DNA from: an uncultured beta proteobacterium
GTDB lineage: Bacteria; Pseudomonadota; Gammaproteobacteria; Burkholderiales; Burkholderiaceae_C
Length of the DNA stretch: 64,000 nucleotides
Assembly (NCBI GenBank): GCA_903823025.1
Contig: CAIJRK010000062.1
Coordinates: 1,710 to 65,709, forward strand
Direction: 5' to 3'
Positions within the stretch are counted from its first letter, which is position 1. Every line of letters begins with the position of its first letter. Below, one piece after another: positions 1-9,095 of this stretch. The position numbers and the translations under genes are program-made. The notes beneath the pieces are model-generated. The model had not been told where the DNA came from. It made no database searches and was given only the letters and a program-made list of their open reading frames with translations.

Positions 1-688
1 CTCCTTCCGCAAACGGTAAGATATGTGCAGCCTCAAGAACGGGGAGCGTACTTTCGCCAGTCAATGCACATCGTCTTCGGTACGCATCAGTGACCAGTAC
101 TCTGAATGCGCCTTGTCCCAGCCTAGGTTTCACCAAAACCGGGGAACCGTACCTTTCGAGCGGTTCTGGTATCAATTCTGATATCAATTGCCGTTGTCCC
201 CACGTAGCTTGACTATCAAGTCTTTCTTGAACTTGGGTCCAAAGATTGGCTTCATTCGGCTTGCTAGTTTCATAGTAGCGGCCACGAACAATATTTCCTG
301 CAAATCCTACTGGTTCTGGAATCCAAAATTCTTTTGGCCAAAAGAAAGGGGCTGAAAGTACCGTACATCCAATTTCAGGATCACGGACAGTAGGATCTTT
401 TATCAATTTGCGAATCATTGATTCAAAAATTTTTCTTGATTGCGCACCATTTTTTTGTCCAAAAGCTTCCCAAGCTATCGATAGTGGCAATGACGTAGAT
501 TTCACAAAGTAGCCACCGCCTGCAATGTGATTAAACGGTCGCTTAAGCTTAAAAAGATAGGGTGAGCCGGGCACTAAACCAGCAAAAGTGACCTTGCCTC
601 TGGGCTGCCAAAAATTGACTTCATCAACATCCGCATGACTAAGATAATCGAACCATCCGTTGTCTGTAACACCGACCCAGTATTTCAT
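1..688 (-). CDS. HNH endonuclease with N-terminal aromatic-rich domain (COG3440-like predicted restriction endonuclease); 3' end runs off the window
   Basis: Absent from the ORF track because it is truncated. Manual translation from ATG 688 (RBS GGAG upstream) is open to base 1: MKYWVGVTDNGWFDYLSHADVDEVNFWQP...RLGQGAFRVLVTDAYRRRCALTGESTLPVLEAAHILPF. RLGQGxFR...YxxRCAxTG...LEAAHI is the HNH_2 signature. Confidence 0.85.
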   Translation of the reverse strand, partial: MKYWVGVTDNGWFDYLSHADVDEVNFWQPRGKVTFAGLVPGSPYLFKLKRPFNHIAGGGYFVKSTSLPLSIAWEAFGQKNGAQSRKIFESMIRKLIKDPTVRDPEIGCTVLSAPFFWPKEFWIPEPVGFAGNIVRGRYYETSKPNEANLWTQVQERLDSQATWGQRQLISELIPEPLERYGSPVLVKPRLGQGAFRVLVTDAYRRRCALTGESTLPVLEAAHILPFAEG

Positions 689-689
689 T

Positions 690-908
690 TCAACTCTCCA
701 AATTTTGAGAAAAATAATTTGTCTCGCTGCGCCCTGCACGCCAAACCAGTTGCGGGTCCAGGTCAGTGTTGCGCGGGTAACGAACCTGCTTGGGTGCGGT
801 GTGCTCCTGTGCAGCAATAGACTGCTGCTCGACGGCCGGAGTATTTTTACGCTTGGCGTCGTCGTGCGTGAGGGTCTCGACGGACTTGGTAGGAGTTTTG
901 GTGGCCAT
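690..908 (-). pseudogene. 5' fragment of a type III R-M methyltransferase (Mod) gene
   Basis: MATKTPTKSVETLTHDDAKRKN...RNTDLDPQLVWR resembles the N-terminus of Mod subunits that accompany BPTD_3080-like Res proteins. The similarity stops near 737 and a stop follows 15 codons later; no methyltransferase motifs remain. Confidence 0.7.
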
Positions 909-949
909 GATGTTTGTGCGAAATACGGGGGTGACAGGGGCAATACAGT

Positions 950-1501
950 TCAAAGAAAACCGATAGGCGGCTTGGCTTTGCGTGTTTTGTCGTCGGTAAT
1001 GAGTTGTTTGATGGCGTCAAAAACTTGAGAAAACTGCTCGTCGTAGCGGGTTTCCATAGCCTCTATGCGCAGCCGCAAGTCACGGTTGGAGTCCATCAGG
1101 CGGCGCAATTGCACAAAGGTGCGCATGATGGCAATGTTGACCTCCACCGCACGCTGCGAGCGCAGCACGCTGGAGAGCATAGCGACACCTTGTTCGGTGA
1201 AAGCGTAGGGCAGTGTGCGCCGTCCCCCTCTGCCGTTTGAGATCACATTTTGTGATGTCAAAGCCTGAGCTGCCTCTGAACTCATCACAGTTTGTGACCG
1301 CATCGTCGTCCACTCCTCGGTCGTGAGCTGAAACATGAAGTCATCGGGAAACCGTGCGCGATTGCGCGAAACGGCCTGATTCAGAGCACGGGCCTCGACG
1401 CCATAGAGTTCGGCCAGATCTGTATCAAGCAGCACCTTCTCGCCACAGATCAGAAAAACGAGTTTCGCCAGGTTCTCTGTTTTGGGGATGATTTGAGTCA
1501 T
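950..1501 (-). CDS. ORF6N domain protein (phage antirepressor-type DNA-binding protein)
   Basis: GEKVLLDTDLAELYGVEARALNQAVSRNRARFPDDFMFQLT...GGRRTLPYAFTEQGVAMLSSVLRS...KPPIGF is the typical ORF6N pattern. Confidence 0.9.
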   Translation of the reverse strand: MTQIIPKTENLAKLVFLICGEKVLLDTDLAELYGVEARALNQAVSRNRARFPDDFMFQLTTEEWTTMRSQTVMSSEAAQALTSQNVISNGRGGRRTLPYAFTEQGVAMLSSVLRSQRAVEVNIAIMRTFVQLRRLMDSNRDLRLRIEAMETRYDEQFSQVFDAIKQLITDDKTRKAKPPIGFL

Positions 1502-1965
1502 GGCGTAAGCCTTTCTATCAATTGGTTGAAACTGGCATCTACCGTGGCCTTGAAGTCGGCCTGCATTTGAAACACCTCGGTGAACTCGGCAAAGGCCCAG
1601 CGGCCATAGCTGCCCAGATGGTTGACGCCGGGCACCCAGTAGGTGTCCATGGTGGACTTTTTCTCTATCGCGTCTTCGCCCCGGTAGCCTTTAATTTCAA
1701 CCACCAGATGCAGCGGGTCAGCGCTGCCGTGGCCGTCATCGACCAGCACGATGAAGTCGGGCAGGTATTTGCGCATGACGGAGCCAAAACGGTAGGGCAC
1801 TTCAAACCCGAGGTTGTGGTTTTTAACGTAGGCCAGCACTTTGGGGTGGGCTTCAGCCACGCGGCAAAACTCGCCCTCCCAGTCGCTGTCCAAAATCACC
1901 CAGTTCAGGTGGCAATGCCGGGCGCTGGCTTCCCAACGGTCAGTTTTGGAGGTGTTGAAGCGCCA
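1498..1965 (-). pseudogene. 3' fragment of a type III restriction endonuclease (Res, BPTD_3080-like), C-terminal PD-(D/E)XK nuclease part
   Basis: RFNTSKTDRWE...HLNWVILDSDWEGEFCRVAEAHPKVLAYVKNHNLGFEVPY...YLPDFIVLVDDG...LHLVVEIKG...YWVPGVNHLGSYGRWAFAEF. Helicase domains and a credible start are missing upstream of ~1965. Confidence 0.8.
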
Positions 1966-2186
1966 TGGGCGGTGCCTGCGTGCAGGGACTGAATGAGGGT
2001 ATCGCGTTCGCGCGAGCGTCGTGCTGGACTGAGCATATAAGTAGATTTTTTATCCCTGAAGAGGGAATCATCTTAAGCGACGAAATTTCAGTCTCCCTGG
2101 CGCGGGTCGCCTGGGTGGGTTCTGGTGCAAATCGTGCTAATCCACGCCTCGCGCTGGCGCAAAGTCAATAGGGATTGGCCGCGTGC

Positions 2187-3062
2187 TTACTGCTGATCAA
2201 ACAATTCAGCGGCGTTGCTATAAAGCAGTTTGTCGAGAATGCTTTCCTTGAAACCGAGCGCTAAAAAGTCGTCGATGGTTTGCTTGATTGGTCGAAACGG
2301 GTAGGACGAGCCGAACAGCAACTGGTCAGCCATGAAGCCGTTGGCCGCTTCTACAAAAGCACCGCTGCCGGGCAAGAACAAGTACATGTCGGGCACGATG
2401 CGCACGTTCTCGTAACGAAACGCCACGCCGATGATTTGCTGCACGTTGGGGTAATAACCGTGGTAACAGACGATGGGCAGTTGCGGAAAAGCCTGCGCTA
2501 CTTTGGCCACCGGGGCCGGATCGTTAAAACGCAAGTCGGGCGAGGTCGGCCCGCTCATCAGGAACACGGGCACGCCCAGTTGAGCGCACAACTCGTAGAT
2601 GGGAAAGTAGATCGGGTCGTCCGGGTGACGTGCCGGTGCGCCAAAACCTGGCTCCAGGTCGATACCGGCCAGCCCCAGTTGCTTGATGGCACGCTCGACC
2701 TCGGCCAGCGCAGCCGCTTCGCCCAACAGGGCTGGATCGACGGAGCCAATGCCAATCAATTCCTGGTGGCCGTGGGTGATGCTGTGAATCAAGTCGTTCG
2801 GCAAATGTTGGCTGGGGGTGTGACGTCCGACCACGACGGCGCGACTTAACCCGGCGTCATGCACTTCATCCAGAAAACCTTCAGCCGTGCGCGAGCGGGC
2901 GAAATGCTCGTCATCGCCGCGCGTGCCCACGCGCCGGTTAAGCCAGCGGGCTGTGGCGGCCCCCGAAGATTCCGGGGTAGCACCGAAGAAGTCGTGCAGG
3001 TAGGCCGGACGACAACGCATGTCGATAATGCGGCGTTCTGCGGGAAGTGTGGGGATGCTCAT
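2187..3062 (-). CDS. Amidohydrolase-2 family TIM-barrel protein with non-canonical motifs
   Basis: [56 protein letters not shown]. Start overlaps the ssuD stop by 4 nt. Confidence 0.8.
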   Translation of the reverse strand: MSIPTLPAERRIIDMRCRPAYLHDFFGATPESSGAATARWLNRRVGTRGDDEHFARSRTAEGFLDEVHDAGLSRAVVVGRHTPSQHLPNDLIHSITHGHQELIGIGSVDPALLGEAAALAEVERAIKQLGLAGIDLEPGFGAPARHPDDPIYFPIYELCAQLGVPVFLMSGPTSPDLRFNDPAPVAKVAQAFPQLPIVCYHGYYPNVQQIIGVAFRYENVRIVPDMYLFLPGSGAFVEAANGFMADQLLFGSSYPFRPIKQTIDDFLALGFKESILDKLLYSNAAELFDQQ

Positions 3063-4222
3063 ACGGTTTCTGCTTGTTGTTTTTGTTCTACCGGGCTGGG
3101 TTCGGCCAGCGTGCTGGCGTCAAACGGGCCGCCTGTAAAAGCCCGGTCGCGGGTGGTGACGGGTGTCTTGCCTGGCAGTAACGGAAAGACCAGTTCGGCA
3201 AAGCGAATCGCCTCTTCCAGATGTGGATAACCCGATAGCACAAACCGATCCACGCCCAAATCCACATATTCTTTGAGTCGGGCGGCGACCTCTTGCGGAT
3301 TGCCGACCAACGCCGTTCCTGCTCCACCGCGCACCAGTCCCACCCCGGCCCACAAATTAGGCGAGACCTCCAATTGGTCACGACGCCCGCCGTGCAAGGC
3401 CGCCATGCGGCGCTGGCCTTCGGAGTCCATGCTGCTGTAGCGTTGCTGAATCTTCGCAATGCTCTCGTCATCGAGGTTGCTGATAAGTTTGTCGGCGGCG
3501 GCCCAAGCCTCCTGAGACGTTTCACGCACGATGACATGCAGGCGCACGCCAAAGCGCACGGTACGACCCAAGGCGGCCGCGCGACGGCGCACGTCAGCGA
3601 TCTTCTCGCCCACGGCTTGCGGCGGCTCGCCCCAGCTCAAATACACGTCCACCTGTTCAGCAGCCAAAGCATGGCCTGCCGGTGAGGAGCCGCCGATATA
3701 CAGCGGTGGATGCGGTTTTTGCACCGGTGGAAAGAAGTTGCGCGCACCGACTACGCGGTGGTACTTGCCCTCGAAGTTAACGGTCTTGCCTGCCAACACA
3801 TCGCGCCAGATTTTGAGGTATTCGGCGGCGGCCTCATAGCGCTCGTCATGGTTTAAAAACACGCCATCAGCGGCGAGTTCGGCCGCATCACCACCCACCA
3901 CCACGTTGAACAACACGCGCCCGTTGCTGGCCTGATCCAGCGTTGCTGCGGCGCGGGCGTCTGCGGTCGGACTGCCCAGCGAGGTGCGCAAGGCGACCAA
4001 TAACTTCAAGCGTTTGGTCACTGCCACGGCGCTGGCCGCCACGATAAACGGGTCGTGACAACCGCTACCGGTAGGAATGAGCAGGCCGTCATAACCCAGG
4101 TTATCGGCCACCACCGCAATCTGGTTCAGATAATCGATGGTGGGTGGGCGACCAAAATCGGACTTGCCCAAGTAGCGCGTGTCCCCGGAGGTGGGAAGAA
4201 ACCAGAAAATATCGAGACCCAT
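3059..4222 (-). CDS. ssuD: FMNH2-dependent alkanesulfonate/methanesulfonate monooxygenase (SsuD/MsuD)
   Basis: [93 protein letters not shown]. Confidence 0.92.
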   Translation of the reverse strand: MGLDIFWFLPTSGDTRYLGKSDFGRPPTIDYLNQIAVVADNLGYDGLLIPTGSGCHDPFIVAASAVAVTKRLKLLVALRTSLGSPTADARAAATLDQASNGRVLFNVVVGGDAAELAADGVFLNHDERYEAAAEYLKIWRDVLAGKTVNFEGKYHRVVGARNFFPPVQKPHPPLYIGGSSPAGHALAAEQVDVYLSWGEPPQAVGEKIADVRRRAAALGRTVRFGVRLHVIVRETSQEAWAAADKLISNLDDESIAKIQQRYSSMDSEGQRRMAALHGGRRDQLEVSPNLWAGVGLVRGGAGTALVGNPQEVAARLKEYVDLGVDRFVLSGYPHLEEAIRFAELVFPLLPGKTPVTTRDRAFTGGPFDASTLAEPSPVEQKQQAETV

Positions 4223-4330
4223 GGGATGACCTTAAAGAGTGTTGAGCGCTTGCCTGCGGACGGTACGAGAGGCGGTCGGCTCGTGTGTTGAACCCCTGAA
4301 TATCGCCGCAGTGTTACGTATTTGGCAACG

Positions 4331-4356
4331 ACTATTAATGAGTTTGCTTATTCGTT
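4331..4356 (-). promoter_or_regulatory. AT-rich upstream element of ssuD (candidate CysB/LysR-type box)
   Basis: Minus strand AACGAATAAGCAAACTCATTAATAGT shares ATAAGCAAAC...ATTAA with 33820-33840 in another sulfur-gene promoter region. Confidence 0.35.
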
Positions 4357-4377
4357 TTTTGATTGAAGAAGCCTTCT

Positions 4378-5763
4378 TTAGGACGCCTGTTCCCGCTTCA
4401 CTTTTTCAATATCGCGAAAGCGGGCTGCTGGATGGTTCTCGGGCAGGAGCGGGCCCTCGCCAAACAGTTTCTCGCGCAAGGTGCCTGCTTTGTAGGCGGT
4501 CGGATAGACGCCGCGCCGTTGCAGTTCGGGGACGAGATAAGTCACCACGTCCTCAAAAGTCTCGTGCGCCACCGCATACGCCAGGTTGAAACCATCCACA
4601 TCGGTGGCATCTACCCATTGCTCCAGAATGTCAGCCACGGTGGAGGCAGAGCCGACAAAAACGGGGCCAAGGCCACCCACGCCGCCCCATGTGGCAAGTT
4701 CTTCAATCGTCCAGGCTTTGTCGCCGCCTGCGAGATGTTCAACCGTGGACACGATGGCATTTGTCTCTACTTTGCGAATCAGATCTGTCGGCGCATATTG
4801 TCCAAAGTCGATGCCGGTCCAGCCTGACATGAACACCAGCGCGCCGTCGTAGGAGACGTAGCGTTTGTAGTCTTCAAACTTGGCGTGAGCCTTGGCATCA
4901 GTCTCGTCAACGATCACCGTTACCAAGGTGTAGGTGAGCACTTTCTTGGGGTCTCGTCCGGCCAGTGCCGCTTGTTGACGCACATCGCTCACGTAGGCCT
5001 TGAGCAGGGACTGGCTTGGTGCGGCCACGAAGACGCACTCGGCATGTTGTGCCGCAAAGGCCTTGCCTGCTCCCGAGGCACCCGCCTGATATAGCACGGG
5101 CGTGCGCTGGGGTGACGGCTCACTCAGGTGATAACCCGGCACTTCAAAATACTTGCCTTTGTGTCCGATCTCGTGAACCTTCTCGGGGTGAGCAAAGATG
5201 CGCTTGCTGCGGTCACGCACAACAGCGCCCGACTCCCAACTGCCTTCAAGCAGTTTGTAGAGAACCTCAACATATTCGTTGGCGACTTCGTAACGGTTGT
5301 CATGGCGACGAAGCCCGCCTTCGCTGATATTTTTTGCGCCGCTTTCAAGATACGACGTGACGATATTCCAGCCTAAACGACCCTTGGTGTGGTGGTCAGC
5401 GGTCGAGAGTCGCCGCGCAAAGGTGTAGGGATGCTCGAACGAGGTAGACGCAGTAATGCCAATACCCAGATGTTCGGTCACCATCGCAATGGGTGCGGCC
5501 AACTGCAGCGGATCATTCACCGGAATTTGTGCGCCTTGTTGCAGCGCATGGTAGTTGCTGCCTTTGTACACGTCGTAGTAACCGATGACGTCAGCAATGA
5601 AGATGCCGTCAAAAATGCCTTTTTCGAGTATCTTGGCTAGATCAGTCCAATACACCAGATCCTTGTATTCCCAAGACCGGTCTCGCGGATGTGACCACAG
5701 CCCAGGGGACTGGTGGCCGACACAGTTCATCTCGAACGCGTTAAATCGAATGGTTTTACTCAT
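4378..5763 (-). CDS. LLM-class flavin-dependent monooxygenase, NtaA/SnaA/DszA family
   Basis: RFNAFEMNCVGHQSPGLWSHPRD, FDGIFIADVIG, QIPVNDP, RLGWNIVTSYL, SEPSPQRTPVLYQAGASG, LVPELQRRG. Confidence 0.9.
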   Translation of the reverse strand: MSKTIRFNAFEMNCVGHQSPGLWSHPRDRSWEYKDLVYWTDLAKILEKGIFDGIFIADVIGYYDVYKGSNYHALQQGAQIPVNDPLQLAAPIAMVTEHLGIGITASTSFEHPYTFARRLSTADHHTKGRLGWNIVTSYLESGAKNISEGGLRRHDNRYEVANEYVEVLYKLLEGSWESGAVVRDRSKRIFAHPEKVHEIGHKGKYFEVPGYHLSEPSPQRTPVLYQAGASGAGKAFAAQHAECVFVAAPSQSLLKAYVSDVRQQAALAGRDPKKVLTYTLVTVIVDETDAKAHAKFEDYKRYVSYDGALVFMSGWTGIDFGQYAPTDLIRKVETNAIVSTVEHLAGGDKAWTIEELATWGGVGGLGPVFVGSASTVADILEQWVDATDVDGFNLAYAVAHETFEDVVTYLVPELQRRGVYPTAYKAGTLREKLFGEGPLLPENHPAARFRDIEKVKREQAS

Positions 5764-5781
5764 GATGTTCCTGGGTGCTGA

Positions 5782-7041
5782 TCAGTTCCACGGATGGCGT
5801 GGTGCAGGCACGCCGTTAAGGTAAAAGTTGCCCAGATGAAAGAACTTCCAGCGAACCGGGTCATGCAGGGTGTGAACGCGGGCATTGCGCCAATGGCGAT
5901 CCAGGTTGTGTTCGGCCAGCGTGGCGCGGGTGCCCGCCAACTCAAAGAGCTTGTTGGTCGCGGCAATGGCGATCTCGGTGGTCAAGACCTTGGCTTCGGC
6001 AGTCGCCAGCGTGGCGGCATTGACAAACGCTTCGGTTGGTGTTGCCAAGGCCACATCAACGGCCCGCCCGGCGCGCTCCAGCAGCGCCTCTGCCGCGTGC
6101 AAACGCAATGTCAAGTCGCCAATGGCGCTGATGGTGAAGGGGTCTTCGGAGGCGTGTTCCTTGCCGCTGTCAATCCAGGGGCGACTGCGCGTGCGTACAA
6201 ATTCAATGGTGTCCGCAATGGCGGCAGCGGCAATGCCTGAATCAATCGCCGCCTGAATGATCTGCGAAATAGAACCTGCCGCCGTGGGATGGTCAAAGGC
6301 GGTTACCGGCACCAGACGACTCAGCGGCACGCGCACATTGACGATTTTTATAGAACCCGATGCGGTGGTGCGCTGGCCAAAACTTGACCAGTCGTTATGC
6401 ACCGTCAGACCATCGGTGTCGCGTTCGGCAAAGGCCAGAAAAACCTTGCCCGCGTCATTCACGGCCACGATAGGAACAATGTGGGCGAGCAGAGCGCCCG
6501 TGGTGTAGAACTTTTCCCCATTGATCACGGCGGTGTCGCCTTCAATCTTGAACGTGGTCTCGAAGGCGGCGACGTTCTTGCTGTTCTTCTCCGAGAAGGC
6601 ATTGCCAAACCGGATGCCTTGCAGAACCAGACCAAACAACTCCGCTTTTTGTTCTGGCGTGCCATCCAGATCAATGTGAGAAACCAGTGCCAAATGGTTC
6701 TGCGATATTTGGACGATGCTGGAGTCACCTTCGGCAAGAATACGGATCACCTCGACCAGCGTGGCATAAGAAACGCCTGCCCCGCCAAAGGCTTTGGGCA
6801 CCGTGATGCCCCACAGGCCGCTTTGAGAATAAGCGTCTAACTCGGCCAGTGGCAACAGTCCTTCGCGGTCACGCAAGGCGGATTCTTTGTGGAATTCATT
6901 TGACAGGCGACGGGCGACAGCAATCGCCTCCGCATCACTGCGAATGATATGGGCGGGCTCGGTGGGTCGGGGTCGCACGGCAAAGGGAAGCAATGAGTTC
7001 ACGCGGGGGCGATCCTGGATATCTAAGGTAGAAGTTGTCAT
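5782..7041 (-). CDS. sfnB: SfnB-family sulfur-acquisition oxidoreductase (DszC-like, acyl-CoA dehydrogenase fold)
   Basis: HIIRSDAEAIAVA, DWSSFGQRTTASG, RSRPWIDSG, LDRHWRNARVHTLHDPVRWK. Confidence 0.88.
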   Translation of the reverse strand: MTTSTLDIQDRPRVNSLLPFAVRPRPTEPAHIIRSDAEAIAVARRLSNEFHKESALRDREGLLPLAELDAYSQSGLWGITVPKAFGGAGVSYATLVEVIRILAEGDSSIVQISQNHLALVSHIDLDGTPEQKAELFGLVLQGIRFGNAFSEKNSKNVAAFETTFKIEGDTAVINGEKFYTTGALLAHIVPIVAVNDAGKVFLAFAERDTDGLTVHNDWSSFGQRTTASGSIKIVNVRVPLSRLVPVTAFDHPTAAGSISQIIQAAIDSGIAAAAIADTIEFVRTRSRPWIDSGKEHASEDPFTISAIGDLTLRLHAAEALLERAGRAVDVALATPTEAFVNAATLATAEAKVLTTEIAIAATNKLFELAGTRATLAEHNLDRHWRNARVHTLHDPVRWKFFHLGNFYLNGVPAPRHPWN

Positions 7042-7104
7042 GATGTGTCTTTGGAAGTTCGGTAGGAGTTCGATAAGAATTCGATAGAAGGGTCTGAGTT
7101 TTGT

Positions 7105-8346
7105 TCAGGATTTGCGGCCCGGCCCGCTGCCGATTTGCCAGATGTAGGGCGGCTCGGTGCCATTAATTTTCCAATCCCCCACAATGCGCGCTTTGTAAAC
7201 GGTCGGGTTATGAGAGGCGATGGTGCGGGCATTGCGCCAATGGCGATCCAGGGCTTTGGTGGTACTGGCCGCTGAAGCGCCTAGCGCGTTAAAGAGGTCG
7301 CTTGCTGCACGAAGAACCAGTTCCGAGATCACGATTTGTCCCTTGGCCGATTCAATTTCAGTGTCGATATTGGCTTGACGCTCAAGGTCGGCGTTGTCCT
7401 GAAAGCGGGCTTCATACGCACGTTGCGCAGGCAGAGTTGCCCGCAAGGCGGTCGCTTCAGCCGCATAGACGAGCGCCGAAATCTGACCAACGATCTGCTG
7501 GATTTGAACGTCCTGACTGACATGAGAGGCGTTGCCATTGCTGAAGATGCGCTGGCGGTCACGCACCTGCTGCGCGACGTCGCGCTCAACCGCCCGGCCA
7601 ATGCCCGCCAGCGTGGCCAAGTGGAACAGTTGATAAAACGCGGTCTGATATTTGAAGCGTGTCTCGAACGGGAAAATGTTTTCTTCCTCGACCACTGCGT
7701 CTGTGTAAATCGAGGTGCCGCTGCCGGTGGTGCGTTGGCCGAAGCCGTCCCAGTCATCCTGATGGCGCACGTTGAGTTGCTGGCTTCTCACGGCGGCGAT
7801 GACGTCGGCATTGTTGTCGGCGCGGCGGGCATAGAGGTCGATCCAGTCGGCAAAGATGCTGCCCGTGCTGTAGAACTTGGATCCGTTTGCCACCCACTTG
7901 CCGTCCTTGAGTGAGATTTTTGTCAGCACCTCACCCACACCGACGGCTCCAACCTCAGACCAGGCGTTACCAACCAGGTCGCCTGCTACAAAACGCTGGA
8001 ACCATTTGTCACGCTGCGGACTGGCAGGTGCATTGAGCCGATCTTCAACAAAAGCAAAGTGCCCGCGCAGGGCTTGCACCACGTTAGGGTCGGCCTCGCC
8101 AAGCGCGATGAGCAATTGAAACAATTGAGGAATAGAGGCTCCGGCTCCACCAAATTGAACCGGCACGCGAACGGCCCCAAAGCCCGCCTGCTTGAGAGAT
8201 GCGATGGCGTCATAGGGCAAGGCACGATTGCGCTCACGCTCTACCGCTGTATCGGCAATCTGCTGAAATAGAGGGTTAAATTTTTGAATCAGCGCCGTGT
8301 AATCAGTACCTAAACTAAGGCTGGATGCAGCCTGTGGGGTCGTCAT
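7105..8346 (-). CDS. DszC-like acyl-CoA dehydrogenase-fold monooxygenase
   Basis: KFYSTGSIFADW, DDWDGFGQRTTGSG, ALDRHWRNARTIASHNP. First gene of the operon downstream of a sigma54 promoter. Confidence 0.85.
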   Translation of the reverse strand: MTTPQAASSLSLGTDYTALIQKFNPLFQQIADTAVERERNRALPYDAIASLKQAGFGAVRVPVQFGGAGASIPQLFQLLIALGEADPNVVQALRGHFAFVEDRLNAPASPQRDKWFQRFVAGDLVGNAWSEVGAVGVGEVLTKISLKDGKWVANGSKFYSTGSIFADWIDLYARRADNNADVIAAVRSQQLNVRHQDDWDGFGQRTTGSGTSIYTDAVVEEENIFPFETRFKYQTAFYQLFHLATLAGIGRAVERDVAQQVRDRQRIFSNGNASHVSQDVQIQQIVGQISALVYAAEATALRATLPAQRAYEARFQDNADLERQANIDTEIESAKGQIVISELVLRAASDLFNALGASAASTTKALDRHWRNARTIASHNPTVYKARIVGDWKINGTEPPYIWQIGSGPGRKS

Positions 8347-8440
8347 ATTTAATTCTCCATCTTGACTTGAGCAATAAGCAACGACACCCGGCCCAGCCTC
8401 CTTTATCCTGCGATACCGTAGCCGAATGTCTCGCTAACTC

Positions 8441-8456
8441 TGCAAGTCGTGTGCCT
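8441..8456 (-). promoter_or_regulatory. sigma54 (-24/-12) promoter
   Basis: Minus strand AGGCACACGACTTGCA (GG-N10-GC), ~95 bp upstream of the ATG at 8346. Confidence 0.75.
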
Positions 8457-8647
8457 GCTTTTTTTGTCCATAACGCCCGCGTCTATCGTTACTCTGCTTT
8501 CTTCTATAGGAGCTGAATTTGAGCTGATTTTTTGAGTGGGCAGGGTTGGGCTGGTGTTGCGACTGACTGTCTGGATAGACTCTTCACAAGTCATAGCGCG
8601 CATTGCTGGTCAATTTAAATTTGTGCCATGTAGTCTCTACATTAGGG

Positions 8648-8663
8648 TGTTGAAAACGCAGCA
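8648..8663. promoter_or_regulatory. Candidate SfnR enhancer (TGTTG-N6-CAACA type)
   Basis: TGTTGAAAACGCAGCA, ~190 bp upstream of the 8441 sigma54 promoter; same motif as at 16323, 16345, 17684 and 17715. Confidence 0.6.
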
Positions 8664-8706
8664 TATGACGGTGTAGCATTGGTGATTTTTAGTCACTTCT
8701 GCTCAG

Positions 8707-8735
8707 AAATGAGTAGCTTATGAAGATACTCATTT
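8707..8735. promoter_or_regulatory. Inverted repeat upstream of the MNT-HEPN pair (candidate TA operator)
   Basis: Perfect 9-bp arms AAATGAGTA (8707-8715) / TACTCATTT (8727-8735), 70 bp before the MNT start. Confidence 0.4.
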
Positions 8736-8804
8736 GAAAGTTTTTTAAATAATGCTCAGTTCCCTGTCATTACAATGGCAGCCGGATTAAATTGTGGAAA
8801 AACG

Positions 8805-9095
8805 ATGAAACCTTCGCTAGCGCTTAATCAAAACCGTGGTGTTATCCGTGAAGCAACAAGTCGCTGTCATGCGGCAAATCCACGCATCTTCGGCTCCGTT
8901 TTGCATGGAGAGGATCACGAAGGGAGTGATCTTGATTTGCTGGTGGATGTCATGCCGGGTGCAACTTTGTTCGATCTGGGTGGACTGCAAGACGAACTTG
9001 AAGAGTTGCTTGGGGTTCGGGTTGATTTATTGACGCCACGGGATTTACCATTGAAGTTTCGTGCCCAAGTCCTTGCAGAAGCGATTCCGGTATGA
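8805..9095 (+). CDS. Minimal nucleotidyltransferase (MNT/MntA) antitoxin
   Basis: IFGSVLHGEDHEGSDLDLLVD = GS-X10-DXD. Start placed at ATG 8805 (ORF track starts at 8775). Confidence 0.9.
   Translation: MKPSLALNQNRGVIREATSRCHAANPRIFGSVLHGEDHEGSDLDLLVDVMPGATLFDLGGLQDELEELLGVRVDLLTPRDLPLKFRAQVLAEAIPV

Noticed and set aside
8613-8628. TGGCAC on the minus strand as a further sigma54 promoter
   Set aside because: No GC at the -12 position (TGGCACAAATTTAAAT).
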